Assembly (NCBI GenBank): GCA_016177405.1
Contig: JACOVG010000033.1
Span: 41,486 to 105,485 of the forward strand
Origin: Candidatus Omnitrophota bacterium
Lineage (GTDB): Bacteria > Omnitrophota > Gorgyraeia > 1-14-0-20-64-10
Direction: 5' to 3'
Length of the DNA: 64,000 nucleotides
Shown piece after piece: positions 1 to 8,862 of the stretch. Position 1 is the first letter of the stretch, and each line of letters begins with the position of its first letter. The notes beneath the pieces are model-generated. The model was not told the DNA's origin and did not search any database. It saw only the letters and a program-made list of their open reading frames with translations. The position numbers were made by a program, and so were the translations under genes.

Positions 1-63
1 GATCTGGCGCGCGCTGCCCGCGCAGCCGTCAACCGGCGCTCGGGCTACAACGCGCCCCGCGTT

Positions 64-1164
64 TTGCACGCGATGGGAGAGGGGGCGATCCACTGCGCGA
101 CCGACGATCTGGCGGTCACCGGCGAAGTGGACATCCGGACGCTGCATTCGAATTGCGTGCTGGCCTTCGACGTGGATAAGCCGCGGAAACTGGTGCGTGA
201 GTTTTATGGCCAGGCGGCGGAAACCCCGCAGCCGGAGCTCTGTTGCCCGACGAAATTCGATGATGCAATGATCAGCCATATCCCGAAGGAGGTCATTGAC
301 CGGTTCTACGGGTGCGGGTCACCCGTCACCTTCGGGAACCTGCAACCGGGGGAAACCTTCCTCGACCTGGGTTCCGGCGCAGGGATCGACTGCTTCATCG
401 CGGCGAAGCTCGTCGGGCCCGCCGGCCGCGTGATCGGAGTGGACATGACGGATCAGATGCTGGAGGTGGCCAACCGGAACCGTCCCCTGGTGGCCAAAAA
501 CCTGGGATATGAGGTCGTCGAGTTCAGGAAGGGTTATCTGGAGGTGGTGCCGGTCGAATTGAAGAGTGTGGACCTGGTCACTTCCAACTGCGTCATCAAT
601 CTCTCCCCGGACAAACCGAGAGTCTTCGCCGAGATCTGGAGGATCCTGAAAAACCACGGCCGGGTGGTGATCGCCGACATCGTTTCCGACCGTCCGGTTC
701 CGGCGCAATTAAAGGTCAACCCCAAGCTCTGGGGCGAGTGCACGGTGGGGGCTCTCACGGAGGAAGAATTCCTCGCCAAACTTGAGGAGGCCGGCTTCTA
801 CGGGTTGACGGTTTTGAAGAAGAGCTACTGGAAAACGATCGAGGGTTACGATTTTTACTCCGTGACAGTGGTTGGGTACAAATTTGAGAAAACTGCCGGG
901 TGCCAATTTATCGGCCAACGGGCGATCTACCTCGGCCCCATGAAGTCGGTGATCGATGAAGAAGGGCATCTTTTCCCGCGCGATGTGGAAGTGGAGGTCT
1001 GCACGGATACCGCTGCCAAGCTTGCTCATCCGCCCTACGCGGGATCGTTCACCGTACTGGAGCCGTCTTCCAAAGGTCATCCCCGCGAAGGCGGGGATCT
1101 GATTCCCGTTTCCACGGGAATGACAAAACCAGCCAAAAACGACTGCGCCCCGGGCTGCTGTTGA
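64..1164 (+). CDS. arsM: Arsenite S-adenosylmethionine methyltransferase (ArsM-like)
   Basis: 366-aa ORF with the SAM-binding motif LDLGSGAGID. It has conserved Cys pairs typical of As(III) methyltransferases, including the C-terminal CAPGCC. The ORF-track start is TTG at 64; an ATG lies 3 codons further in. Confidence 0.75.
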   Translation: MHAMGEGAIHCATDDLAVTGEVDIRTLHSNCVLAFDVDKPRKLVREFYGQAAETPQPELCCPTKFDDAMISHIPKEVIDRFYGCGSPVTFGNLQPGETFLDLGSGAGIDCFIAAKLVGPAGRVIGVDMTDQMLEVANRNRPLVAKNLGYEVVEFRKGYLEVVPVELKSVDLVTSNCVINLSPDKPRVFAEIWRILKNHGRVVIADIVSDRPVPAQLKVNPKLWGECTVGALTEEEFLAKLEEAGFYGLTVLKKSYWKTIEGYDFYSVTVVGYKFEKTAGCQFIGQRAIYLGPMKSVIDEEGHLFPRDVEVEVCTDTAAKLAHPPYAGSFTVLEPSSKGHPREGGDLIPVSTGMTKPAKNDCAPGCC

Positions 1165-1165
1165 G

Positions 1166-2287
1166 ATGGCACTCCTCTTGGCGCTCTTGGCCGCCGTCCT
1201 ATTCCTGGCGTATACCAACGGGGCCAACGACAACTTCAAGGGGGTCGCCACCCTGTTTGGCAGCCGCACGGCAGGATACGGCAGGGTGCTCACCTGGGCG
1301 ACTGTCACGACGTTCGCCGGGTCCCTGACGGCGGTGGGGTTGTCCCAGGGGCTCATCAATGCCTTCAGCGGAGAGGGGTTGGTCCCGGCCGCTGTGACGG
1401 CGCAGCCCGCTTTCCTGTTGGCCGTCGGCCTGGGAGCCGCCCTCACCGTATTCCTGGCGACGGTCACCGGCTTTCCGATCTCCACGACCCACGCCTTGAC
1501 TGGGGCTCTCGTGGGGGCCGGCCTTGTGCAGGCGGGTTCGGTCGATTTCACCAGACTCGGCCAAAGTTTCTTTCTCCCGCTGGCTGTCAGCCCGGTGCTG
1601 GGTTTCGCTCTCACGAGCGTCCTGTATCCGATCTTTCGGCTGGCGCGCGCGAACTTAGGCATCGAACGCCAGATGTGCCTCTGTGTGGACGGCGGCCAGA
1701 TGCAGCCCATCCGGATCCGGCCGGATGGCGCGGCGGTGCTCCAGGCGACGGGGATGAAGCTTTCCGTGGGACAGCTCCAGGAGTGTGTTCAGCGGTATGA
1801 GGGGCGGGTCATCGGGATCGATGCCCAGCGAATGTTGGACCGGCTCCACCATCTCTCGGCCGGTGCCGTCAGTTTTGCGCGGGGCCTGAACGACACGCCG
1901 AAAATCGTGGCCCTGCTCCTGGCCGCGCGGGGGCTCGGGCTTCATCCCTCGACCGGGATGGTGGCTGTCGGCATCGCCATGGCGGTGGGCGGACTCCTGA
2001 ATGCCCGGAAAGTTGCCGTCACCATGAGCCAGCGAATCACTTCGATGAACCATGGGCAGGGGTTTACCGCCAACCTCGTCACCTCCTGCTTGGTGACGAC
2101 GGCTTCGACGTTCGGTCTGCCGGTGTCGACGACCCACGTCTCCTGCGGATCTCTCTTTGGGCTCGGCGCCGTCAATGGCACGGCGCGCTGGGGCGTCATC
2201 CGGACCATCGCGCTCTCTTGGCTCGCGACCTTGCCGCTGGCCGCGGGATTGGGCGCCGCTGTCGCCTGGGGAGCCCGTCTTTTCTAG
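1166..2287 (+). CDS. PiT-family inorganic phosphate/anion transporter
   Basis: 373-aa polytopic membrane ORF with duplicated PiT signatures (TNGANDNFKGVAT and GLNDTPK). It starts 1 nt after the arsM stop. Confidence 0.8.
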   Translation: MALLLALLAAVLFLAYTNGANDNFKGVATLFGSRTAGYGRVLTWATVTTFAGSLTAVGLSQGLINAFSGEGLVPAAVTAQPAFLLAVGLGAALTVFLATVTGFPISTTHALTGALVGAGLVQAGSVDFTRLGQSFFLPLAVSPVLGFALTSVLYPIFRLARANLGIERQMCLCVDGGQMQPIRIRPDGAAVLQATGMKLSVGQLQECVQRYEGRVIGIDAQRMLDRLHHLSAGAVSFARGLNDTPKIVALLLAARGLGLHPSTGMVAVGIAMAVGGLLNARKVAVTMSQRITSMNHGQGFTANLVTSCLVTTASTFGLPVSTTHVSCGSLFGLGAVNGTARWGVIRTIALSWLATLPLAAGLGAAVAWGARLF

Positions 2288-2298
2288 TGGGATCGTTT

Positions 2299-3588
2299 AT
2301 GTTTCCTCCGGCGTTTCTCTGGGGGGCGGCGACGTCCGCCCACCAGGTGGAGGGTCATAACATCCACAGCGATTGGTGGGCGTGGGAAGCATCGGGCAAA
2401 GTGAAGGAGCGGTCCGGGGCTGCCTGCGAACACTATGAGCGGTTCAGAGAGGATTTCGCCCTCGCCCAGCAACTGGGCCATAACGCCCACCGATTCTCCA
2501 TCGAGTGGAGCCGCATCGAGCCGGAGCCCGGCCGGTGGGATGAAGGGGCCATTGCACACTACCAGGAGGTCATCCAAGCCCTGCGGGAACGAGCGCTTGA
2601 GCCCGTCGTCACGCTCTTTCACTTTACGAGCCCCCAGTGGTTTAGCGAGCAGGGTGGCTGGAGACATCCCCAGGCGATTGAGCGGTTTAGCCGGTACGTC
2701 GAGCGGGTCCTGGAGGCCATCGGGTCTTCGGTGCGCTACTGGGTGACGTTCAATGAGCCGATGATCTACGTCTACCAGGGGTATATCGCCGGCGTCTGGC
2801 CTCCAGGACAACGATCGTGGACCGCCGCCTTTCGAATCTTTGAGCGTTTGCTCCATGCGCATACCGTCGCGTATCATCTGATCCATTCCCGGCTGGATCA
2901 CAGCGCGCGGAAGCCGGTGGTTGGTGTGGCCAAGCACATGGTCATCTTCAACTCCTGCAATCCACGTTCATGGAAAGATCGATTCGCACGGTGGATGCGC
3001 CACCGTTGCTTCAATGGGGTGGTCGCAAGCGCGTTCGATCGAGGCCATCTGCTGCCTCGGTTTTGGCTTGCCGCCAAGCGAGCCGGGTACCGACGCTATC
3101 TGGATTTCATCGGATTGAACTACTACACGCGGGATTTTGTCCACTTCAATGGCTGGACCGGTGGCAAGGTCTTCGGTGAAGTCTGCTCGCTCGCGCACCA
3201 TCGGGATACGGGGCCTCGTAACTCGCTTGGATGGGAAGTCTATCCTGAGGGCATCTACGAGAGTCTTCGGCAGCTGACGCGATTCGGGCTGCCGATCCTG
3301 ATCACGGAAAACGGCGTCTGTACGAATGACGATGGGCAGCGGGTGCAGTTCATTCACGACCACCTGACGCAGGTTAGCCGGGCGATGAGCGAAGGCGTCC
3401 CGGTGTTTGGCTACTTACACTGGTCGCTCCTGGACAACTACGAGTGGCATGAAGGGTTTGCCCCACGGTTCGGCTTGGCGGAAGTGGATTACGCGACCCA
3501 GGAACGCCGCGTTCGTCCCAGCGCGCGCTACCTGGCGGCGATTGCCAAAACCAGACAGATGGTGGCGATGAGCGGAGTTCCGCCATGA
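2299..3588 (+). CDS. Glycoside hydrolase family 1 beta-glucosidase
   Basis: GH1 N-terminal signature FLWGAATSAHQVEG, the ITENG nucleophile motif and LHWSLLDNYEW. I chose the internal ATG (MFPPAFLWG) instead of the ORF-track TTG at 2218 because 2218 overlaps the upstream gene. Confidence 0.85.
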   Translation: MFPPAFLWGAATSAHQVEGHNIHSDWWAWEASGKVKERSGAACEHYERFREDFALAQQLGHNAHRFSIEWSRIEPEPGRWDEGAIAHYQEVIQALRERALEPVVTLFHFTSPQWFSEQGGWRHPQAIERFSRYVERVLEAIGSSVRYWVTFNEPMIYVYQGYIAGVWPPGQRSWTAAFRIFERLLHAHTVAYHLIHSRLDHSARKPVVGVAKHMVIFNSCNPRSWKDRFARWMRHRCFNGVVASAFDRGHLLPRFWLAAKRAGYRRYLDFIGLNYYTRDFVHFNGWTGGKVFGEVCSLAHHRDTGPRNSLGWEVYPEGIYESLRQLTRFGLPILITENGVCTNDDGQRVQFIHDHLTQVSRAMSEGVPVFGYLHWSLLDNYEWHEGFAPRFGLAEVDYATQERRVRPSARYLAAIAKTRQMVAMSGVPP

Positions 3589-4841
3589 ACCTCTGCGTGA
3601 TCATCCCGACGCTGAATGAGGCCGAAACCCTTCCACGCCTTCTTACCCCATTGCGAGCGGGTGGGGTGTCGGAGATCCTCGTCGTGGATGGAGGCAGCCG
3701 CGATGGCACCCCGGACATTGCCCGGAAGTTTGGCGTGACGTGCTTGCCGTCAACCCGGGGACGTGCGGCTCAGCTGAACCGGGGCGCGGCGGCCGCCCGC
3801 GGCGATTGGCTCTGGTTCCTACACGCTGATACGGCCCTGTCGGCGGATTGGCACGAGCAACTCCGCCGGGCGATGGAAGATCCGGCTGTCGTTGGAGGCG
3901 GTTTCCGGTCCGTTATCGATGCGCCCGGAGCGGGCTACCGGTTCTTGGATGCGTGGGGATGGCTGAGAACGAGGAGCCAGCGCAGCTTCTACGGGGATCA
4001 AGGAATTTTTGTCCGCCGGGATCTGTTTGAGCGTTTGGGGGGGTTCGCGGAGATTCCCGTGTGCGAAGATGCCGAGTTCTCCAGACGGATGTGGCGGGCC
4101 GGACGGGTGGCGATTCTTCCAGGTCCGCTGCGCACCTCGGCCCGGCGGTGGCAGCGGCACGGCTGGTGGCGCACCGTCTTTCAACATTCCTGCCTGGTCC
4201 TTACCCATTCGCCCATTCTCCCGTTCTTTCGTTCTCTCGTTCCTGTTGTCATCTTCGCCAAGCTTCCGGTCCCCGGAGAAGTGAAAACGCGCCTGGTTCC
4301 CCCTTTGACCCAGCAAGAAGCCGCTGACCTGGCGCTCAAGCTGCTTCGCGAGACGGTCGCGACGGTGAGACGGCTGAATGGCGTCCAGCCGATCGTGGCG
4401 GTCTGGCCTCCGGATGGGCTTGCTCGGATGCGCGAGCTTCTTTCCATGCCGGTCCGCCTTATCCCACAGGAGGACGGGGGTTTTGGAAAGCGGCTCGCGG
4501 ATATCTTCAACAAACTCCACGAAGAGGGCGCAAAGGGAACGATCATCCTGGGGGCGGACCATCCCAATCTTCCGGCGGGCTACCTCAAGCAGGCGGTGAA
4601 GCTCTTAAGCAACGGCAAGGATCGAATCGTCCTGGGCCCGACAGAGGACGGGGGCTACTACCTGATCGGCTTGACCCGGCCCCACCCGGAGCTTTTTCAC
4701 AACATCCCCTTCAGCAGCCCCGATGTCCTCAAAGCTACCCGGGAGCGGGCTAAGACCGCAGGGCTTCCGGTCGCGCTGCTTCCCCCCTGGTACGACCTCG
4801 ACCGCCCGGAGGACCTTTCACGGTACAATAGCTCTCCGTGA
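3585..4841 (+). CDS. Fusion of a GT2 glycosyltransferase (TIGR04283-like) and a DUF2064 transferase (TIGR04282-like)
   Basis: The N-terminal ~210 aa is a GT2 fold (IIPTLNE, VVDGGSRDGT, DxD-like region). The C-terminal ~200 aa matches the DUF2064 pattern (LGADHPNLP, GPTEDGGYYLIGL). The two are joined in one 418-aa frame. Confidence 0.7.
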   Translation: MNLCVIIPTLNEAETLPRLLTPLRAGGVSEILVVDGGSRDGTPDIARKFGVTCLPSTRGRAAQLNRGAAAARGDWLWFLHADTALSADWHEQLRRAMEDPAVVGGGFRSVIDAPGAGYRFLDAWGWLRTRSQRSFYGDQGIFVRRDLFERLGGFAEIPVCEDAEFSRRMWRAGRVAILPGPLRTSARRWQRHGWWRTVFQHSCLVLTHSPILPFFRSLVPVVIFAKLPVPGEVKTRLVPPLTQQEAADLALKLLRETVATVRRLNGVQPIVAVWPPDGLARMRELLSMPVRLIPQEDGGFGKRLADIFNKLHEEGAKGTIILGADHPNLPAGYLKQAVKLLSNGKDRIVLGPTEDGGYYLIGLTRPHPELFHNIPFSSPDVLKATRERAKTAGLPVALLPPWYDLDRPEDLSRYNSSP

Positions 4842-5551
4842 AGAAGAGACTCTCCATTCTGCTGTTTCTAGGCGCCCTCTTTTCCGCCTATGCCGAGGCA
4901 GCCTCCGGAGCTGTCCAGGTGGATGAAGTCCGTTATCGAGACGATCCAGAATTGACCGGAACCTTGGCCATCCCTCAAGGGGAGGGACCCTTTCCAGCGG
5001 TAATCTACAACCATGGGGGGTTTGGCGGCTTCATCGCGGGCCCGCCGAGAGAGACCGCCCAAGCTCTGGCCCAGGCGGGGTACGTCGGGCTCTCTCCGAT
5101 TCGAAGGGACGATGTCGCCATGGAGGGAAATCTGGAAGATGTTTTAGCGGCAGTGGATTATGTGAAGGGCCTTGAAAAGGTTGACCCTCACCGGATCGCC
5201 CTGCTGGGATTTTCCCGCGGCGGGCTTTTGGTTCTGATGGCGGCCGCCGAAAGGACCGATCTAACGGCGATTGTCCTGATGGCTCCGGCTCCGGGCCGGG
5301 GGCATCTGGGGCCGGTCCTGGATCGGTTGAACCGAGTCCATGTCCCTGTCTTACTGATGGTGGCCTCCAACGATGAAAAGCAGGCCGATCATGTGGGGAT
5401 CGCCAAGGAAATCCACCAGAGGCTCAAGGCCGAAGGAAAGAATTCCAAGCTCATCGTCTATCCCCCCTATGGCTCTGACGGCCACCGCCTTTTTTTCGAG
5501 GTGGGCGCCTACTGGAAGGATCTCCTCGCTTTCCTCCAGACGTATCTGTAA
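4838..5551 (+). CDS. Secreted alpha/beta hydrolase, dienelactone-hydrolase family
   Basis: Signal peptide MKKRLSILLFLGALFSAYAEA. Nucleophile elbow GFSRGG. Asp and His lie downstream as expected for the family. Confidence 0.7.
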   Translation: MKKRLSILLFLGALFSAYAEAASGAVQVDEVRYRDDPELTGTLAIPQGEGPFPAVIYNHGGFGGFIAGPPRETAQALAQAGYVGLSPIRRDDVAMEGNLEDVLAAVDYVKGLEKVDPHRIALLGFSRGGLLVLMAAAERTDLTAIVLMAPAPGRGHLGPVLDRLNRVHVPVLLMVASNDEKQADHVGIAKEIHQRLKAEGKNSKLIVYPPYGSDGHRLFFEVGAYWKDLLAFLQTYL

Positions 5552-5602
5552 GGAATGCCGCCACTGTAGACGTTAATATTAATCAAAATCTACTTCTAGG
5601 GT

Positions 5603-5631
5603 TTGACAATTCCGCGGGGATGTGCCATAGT
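5603..5631 (+). promoter_or_regulatory. Sigma-70-type promoter TTGACA-N17-CATAGT (GCCATAGT class) for the 5665 gene
   Basis: TTGACA at 5603-5608, a 17-bp spacer, and CATAGT at 5626-5631 preceded by G. An RBS AAGGAGGA lies 8 nt before the ATG at 5665. Confidence 0.55.
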
Positions 5632-5664
5632 CCCCTTAGAATAAAATAAAGGAGGAAACCCCCC

Positions 5665-8025
5665 ATGGTCGCCTTAATCCGCCGCTTCGGCCTTCTCGTC
5701 GTGTTCGCGCTCTCCTTTTCGGTTGGCCCAACTCCCCTGGTTTGGGCTGATTTCCCCGACGAGGAAGATGCACACTGGCAGCTCATCAAGGAGCGCAAGA
5801 AGAGACTTCTGGCCCGGCTTACCACGCCTTACGGGATCGAAGAGCTAACGGGGAACCTGGATGAGATCCCCTGGCGGCATTTGCGTCTTCAGAAAGAGGG
5901 CAGTTTCGAGGCGGGCGGCCGAATCTCCGGTGAGGGGCCGTTTCCCTTCCACGTGAATTATGGCCCGCGGGCGGAGTCCGGCAGCGGGGTTTTCGATTCT
6001 CTCCGTCTGGCCTGGAACGTCAACAAGGACGCGGGGAACCGCTACGCCCGCTTGGGCAATCTCCGGGTGCGCGAAGATTCCCGGCACCCGCTTGGCCCCG
6101 AAGGGGGTCAGGTTCTCTTCTCCGGGGATTGGTCCGGCAGTCTACGGATGGCCGACCGGTATCGCAACGGCATGCTTAGCCTGAAAGGCAGCAAGAGGCT
6201 TTTTTGGAGATGGAACAACCAGGAGCGGCATGTGGTCTGGAGCGGAAATGAATGGGGGAGCGGCTCCCTGTGGCTGGGCGCCATCCAGCCCGACCGGATT
6301 GATTTGAAAAGGGCTTTTTTCAGGGGCGATCTCCAGGTGGGGGACCTTCTCCTCAAGCCCAGGTTCTACCTGGACAAAACCAGCCTGCGGTGGAACCGAA
6401 CAGCGTCCCAGGTAAGCGGTGGACTCTACGAACAGAGGGGACCGTCTATCCTCCTGGCCGAGGCGGATTTCGACCAAGAGCGGTGGCAGAATCTGAAAAC
6501 CCGCGTGGAGGATGAGCTGATTCCAACCGGCGGAGATCAGGAGCAGTGGCTTCAGGCTCTGTCCGATCTGCAGGATGCCGTGCGGCTTAGAAAGATCACC
6601 ATCAAGCCCCGCCTCTTGGACCGGCGCGTGGATATAGGCTACCGTCCGGCGGACAAGGTCCTTCACATGATCGCCAGAGATTTTCCGGTCGTCGAAATAG
6701 ACTTCAGCGGTGTGGCCCGCCCGATCGATGTCGCGCTGGCCAGCCAGCAGATCACCGGGTTGCCGCTCAACCGCCTGCTGGAAAACCAGGAGAAGCTCCT
6801 GCTGTCCAATTTCTCTCAGACGCTGTACGGGGAGAAAACGCCTGCCTACCTGGAGGCCTTTTCGCCGGTCGCCTCTTTCGGGGCCGTTTCCTCCGGCTCG
6901 GTCCAGTTCCTAAACCAAAGCGGTTTCGCCCTGGAGGATCCCCTGTACGACGAAAACGGCGGCATCCGGCTGGGCTACCGGCACGGGGCGATGGAGTCTC
7001 TCACGCCCCTGTTCGACGGCGCCAGCTACACCCAGCTTGGGATTCAGGGCGGCGATGTGGATGTGGCCCAGGTGGGATGGCGCCAGCCGCTTCTGACGGG
7101 TCCGGCCGTCTCCCTTGCCGCGGAGGGGATGGCGTACGTGGCCAACTTCCAAGACGACCTGCAGTTTTCCCTCGAAGGCCCCCGGGATCCGCTGCGGGAA
7201 GAGTTCCTGACGTTCCGCGCGCCGGAGGGAATTCTCCTGGGGGAGGTCTCAGAGGAAAGAATTTCCAACCTGACCCTGCCGGGCGGCTTCTTAGGGGTGG
7301 AGGCCTCCGCCTTTGACGAAAGACTCGGTCTTCGTTACCGGGCGGTGCCTTACCTGCCGATCACGATCGGCGCCCACAGCGCGGAGGAAGGCGAGAGCGG
7401 GGACTTCCGGGGTCTTCTGGAGGCCGGAAACGCGATCGGGTATGCCTCCGACATCTCCGCTTTCGTCAAACAGCCGGTGCTGGGGCGGGAGGTTTTCGCC
7501 GCGCTCCACAAGGATGCCGCGGACCGCCTGGAGGCGGTTTCCTCCTGGGAGGTTCTGCCGGGCGTCAAACCCGGAATCCGCCTGGGCCAGGCGCGCGCCT
7601 TTGGCGACCTTCGGACGGCGTTCGTTAATGCCCGCTGGGGCGCGAACACCGTGGCCGCCAGCCTGCAGGAGGATGAAGCGCATCAGGCCCGCGGCTACGA
7701 TGTCCGGATGGGCCGTCTCTGGGGCGGCCGCCAATGGGAGGCCGGCATGACGCTCAAGCATTACCTGACCGGCGTCATCGAAGACGACGGCTTGGATCCT
7801 CTGTTGGAGCGGCAGTGGATGGCGAGCGTGTCAGATCCTTCCGGCCGCCAGCGGTTGATCCTGGCCTATGGGGACGATACGCTGGAAGCCAAGAACACCC
7901 TCTTCGCCGGCATCGAGCGGTCCGTCTCGGATTCGCTTCGCTGGAAAGGGGGAGCGGAACTGACCACTTTTCAGGAAGAGGAATCGGAACTGCGCGGCTC
8001 ATTCAATTTGCGCTGGCTCTTTTAA
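5665..8025 (+). CDS. Large secreted or outer-membrane hypothetical protein (786 aa)
   Basis: Signal peptide MVALIRRFGLLVVFALSFSVGPTPLVWA. The C-terminus ends in an aromatic residue (LRWLF), as in OM beta-barrels. No recognisable catalytic motif. It has a strong RBS and its own promoter. Confidence 0.55.
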   Translation: MVALIRRFGLLVVFALSFSVGPTPLVWADFPDEEDAHWQLIKERKKRLLARLTTPYGIEELTGNLDEIPWRHLRLQKEGSFEAGGRISGEGPFPFHVNYGPRAESGSGVFDSLRLAWNVNKDAGNRYARLGNLRVREDSRHPLGPEGGQVLFSGDWSGSLRMADRYRNGMLSLKGSKRLFWRWNNQERHVVWSGNEWGSGSLWLGAIQPDRIDLKRAFFRGDLQVGDLLLKPRFYLDKTSLRWNRTASQVSGGLYEQRGPSILLAEADFDQERWQNLKTRVEDELIPTGGDQEQWLQALSDLQDAVRLRKITIKPRLLDRRVDIGYRPADKVLHMIARDFPVVEIDFSGVARPIDVALASQQITGLPLNRLLENQEKLLLSNFSQTLYGEKTPAYLEAFSPVASFGAVSSGSVQFLNQSGFALEDPLYDENGGIRLGYRHGAMESLTPLFDGASYTQLGIQGGDVDVAQVGWRQPLLTGPAVSLAAEGMAYVANFQDDLQFSLEGPRDPLREEFLTFRAPEGILLGEVSEERISNLTLPGGFLGVEASAFDERLGLRYRAVPYLPITIGAHSAEEGESGDFRGLLEAGNAIGYASDISAFVKQPVLGREVFAALHKDAADRLEAVSSWEVLPGVKPGIRLGQARAFGDLRTAFVNARWGANTVAASLQEDEAHQARGYDVRMGRLWGGRQWEAGMTLKHYLTGVIEDDGLDPLLERQWMASVSDPSGRQRLILAYGDDTLEAKNTLFAGIERSVSDSLRWKGGAELTTFQEEESELRGSFNLRWLF

Positions 8026-8064
8026 CGCGTTTCTCGGGTAAAATAAGCCCGGAAAACCAAAGCG

Positions 8065-8391
8065 ATGGGGAATCCGAATAAACCGCTAAGGGCCAGGGAC
8101 CCGAGGATCGCGGCGGTCGTCAACCAGGGCGGCTGCACCGGCTGTGAGGCGTGCCTGACCATTTGCCCGGTGGACTCAATCGAGCCGGTGCCGGGGGCCG
8201 AGCACCCGGGCCTCTTCAAGCTCGTGGAGATCGACCTGGACCGCTGTATCGGCTGCGGGCTGTGCCCCAAGATCTGCCCGTGGGACACCATCACCATGGA
8301 ACCCTACCCGCAGGCCCGGTCCATGGCCCCGGAGCGGACCATCCGTTCCGTGGTTCCGGGCCATCGCGCCGCTTGCCCGGCACCTGTGTAA
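8065..8391 (+). CDS. 2x[4Fe-4S] ferredoxin-like protein
   Basis: Two CxxCxxCxxxCP cluster motifs (CTGCEACLTICP and CIGCGLCPKICP). Confidence 0.7.
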   Translation: MGNPNKPLRARDPRIAAVVNQGGCTGCEACLTICPVDSIEPVPGAEHPGLFKLVEIDLDRCIGCGLCPKICPWDTITMEPYPQARSMAPERTIRSVVPGHRAACPAPV

Positions 8392-8862
8392 ATGGCCTCC
8401 ACCTATCTCACCCCCGCCGGTCTCGCCAAGCTGGAAAACGAGCTGGCCGAGCTCAAGAAGCAGAAACGCCGGCTCTCCGAAGAGGTGGGCATCGCCCGGG
8501 AGCTTGGGGATTTGCGGGAAAACGCCGAGTACCACGCCGCCAAGGAGCGGCTCCAGCATCTACTGGAGAGGGTTTCCGAGATAGAGTTCAAGCTCTCCAA
8601 CGTTCATGTGATCGATTCCAGCCAGCTCGATTCCAGCATGGCCTCGGTGGGGATGAGGCTTAAGGTGAAGGAGCTTGCTTCAGGTAAAGAGGAAAGCTAC
8701 ACCCTGGTCGGCGCCGAAGAGGCCGATCCCGCCAACGGAAAGATCTCCTTTCAATCGCCGCTCGGGCGCGCCTTCCTGGGCCACAAGGTCCAGGAGGAAG
8801 TGACCGCCATCCTTCCGGCCGGCTCCCGCTCTTACCGAATCCTCGCGATCACTCCCGCCTAG
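8392..8862 (+). CDS. greA: Transcription elongation factor GreA
   Basis: 156 aa. N-terminal coiled coil LTPAGLAKLENELAELK...RENAEYHAAKE, followed by a C-terminal FKBP-like domain. Confidence 0.9.
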   Translation: MASTYLTPAGLAKLENELAELKKQKRRLSEEVGIARELGDLRENAEYHAAKERLQHLLERVSEIEFKLSNVHVIDSSQLDSSMASVGMRLKVKELASGKEESYTLVGAEEADPANGKISFQSPLGRAFLGHKVQEEVTAILPAGSRSYRILAITPA

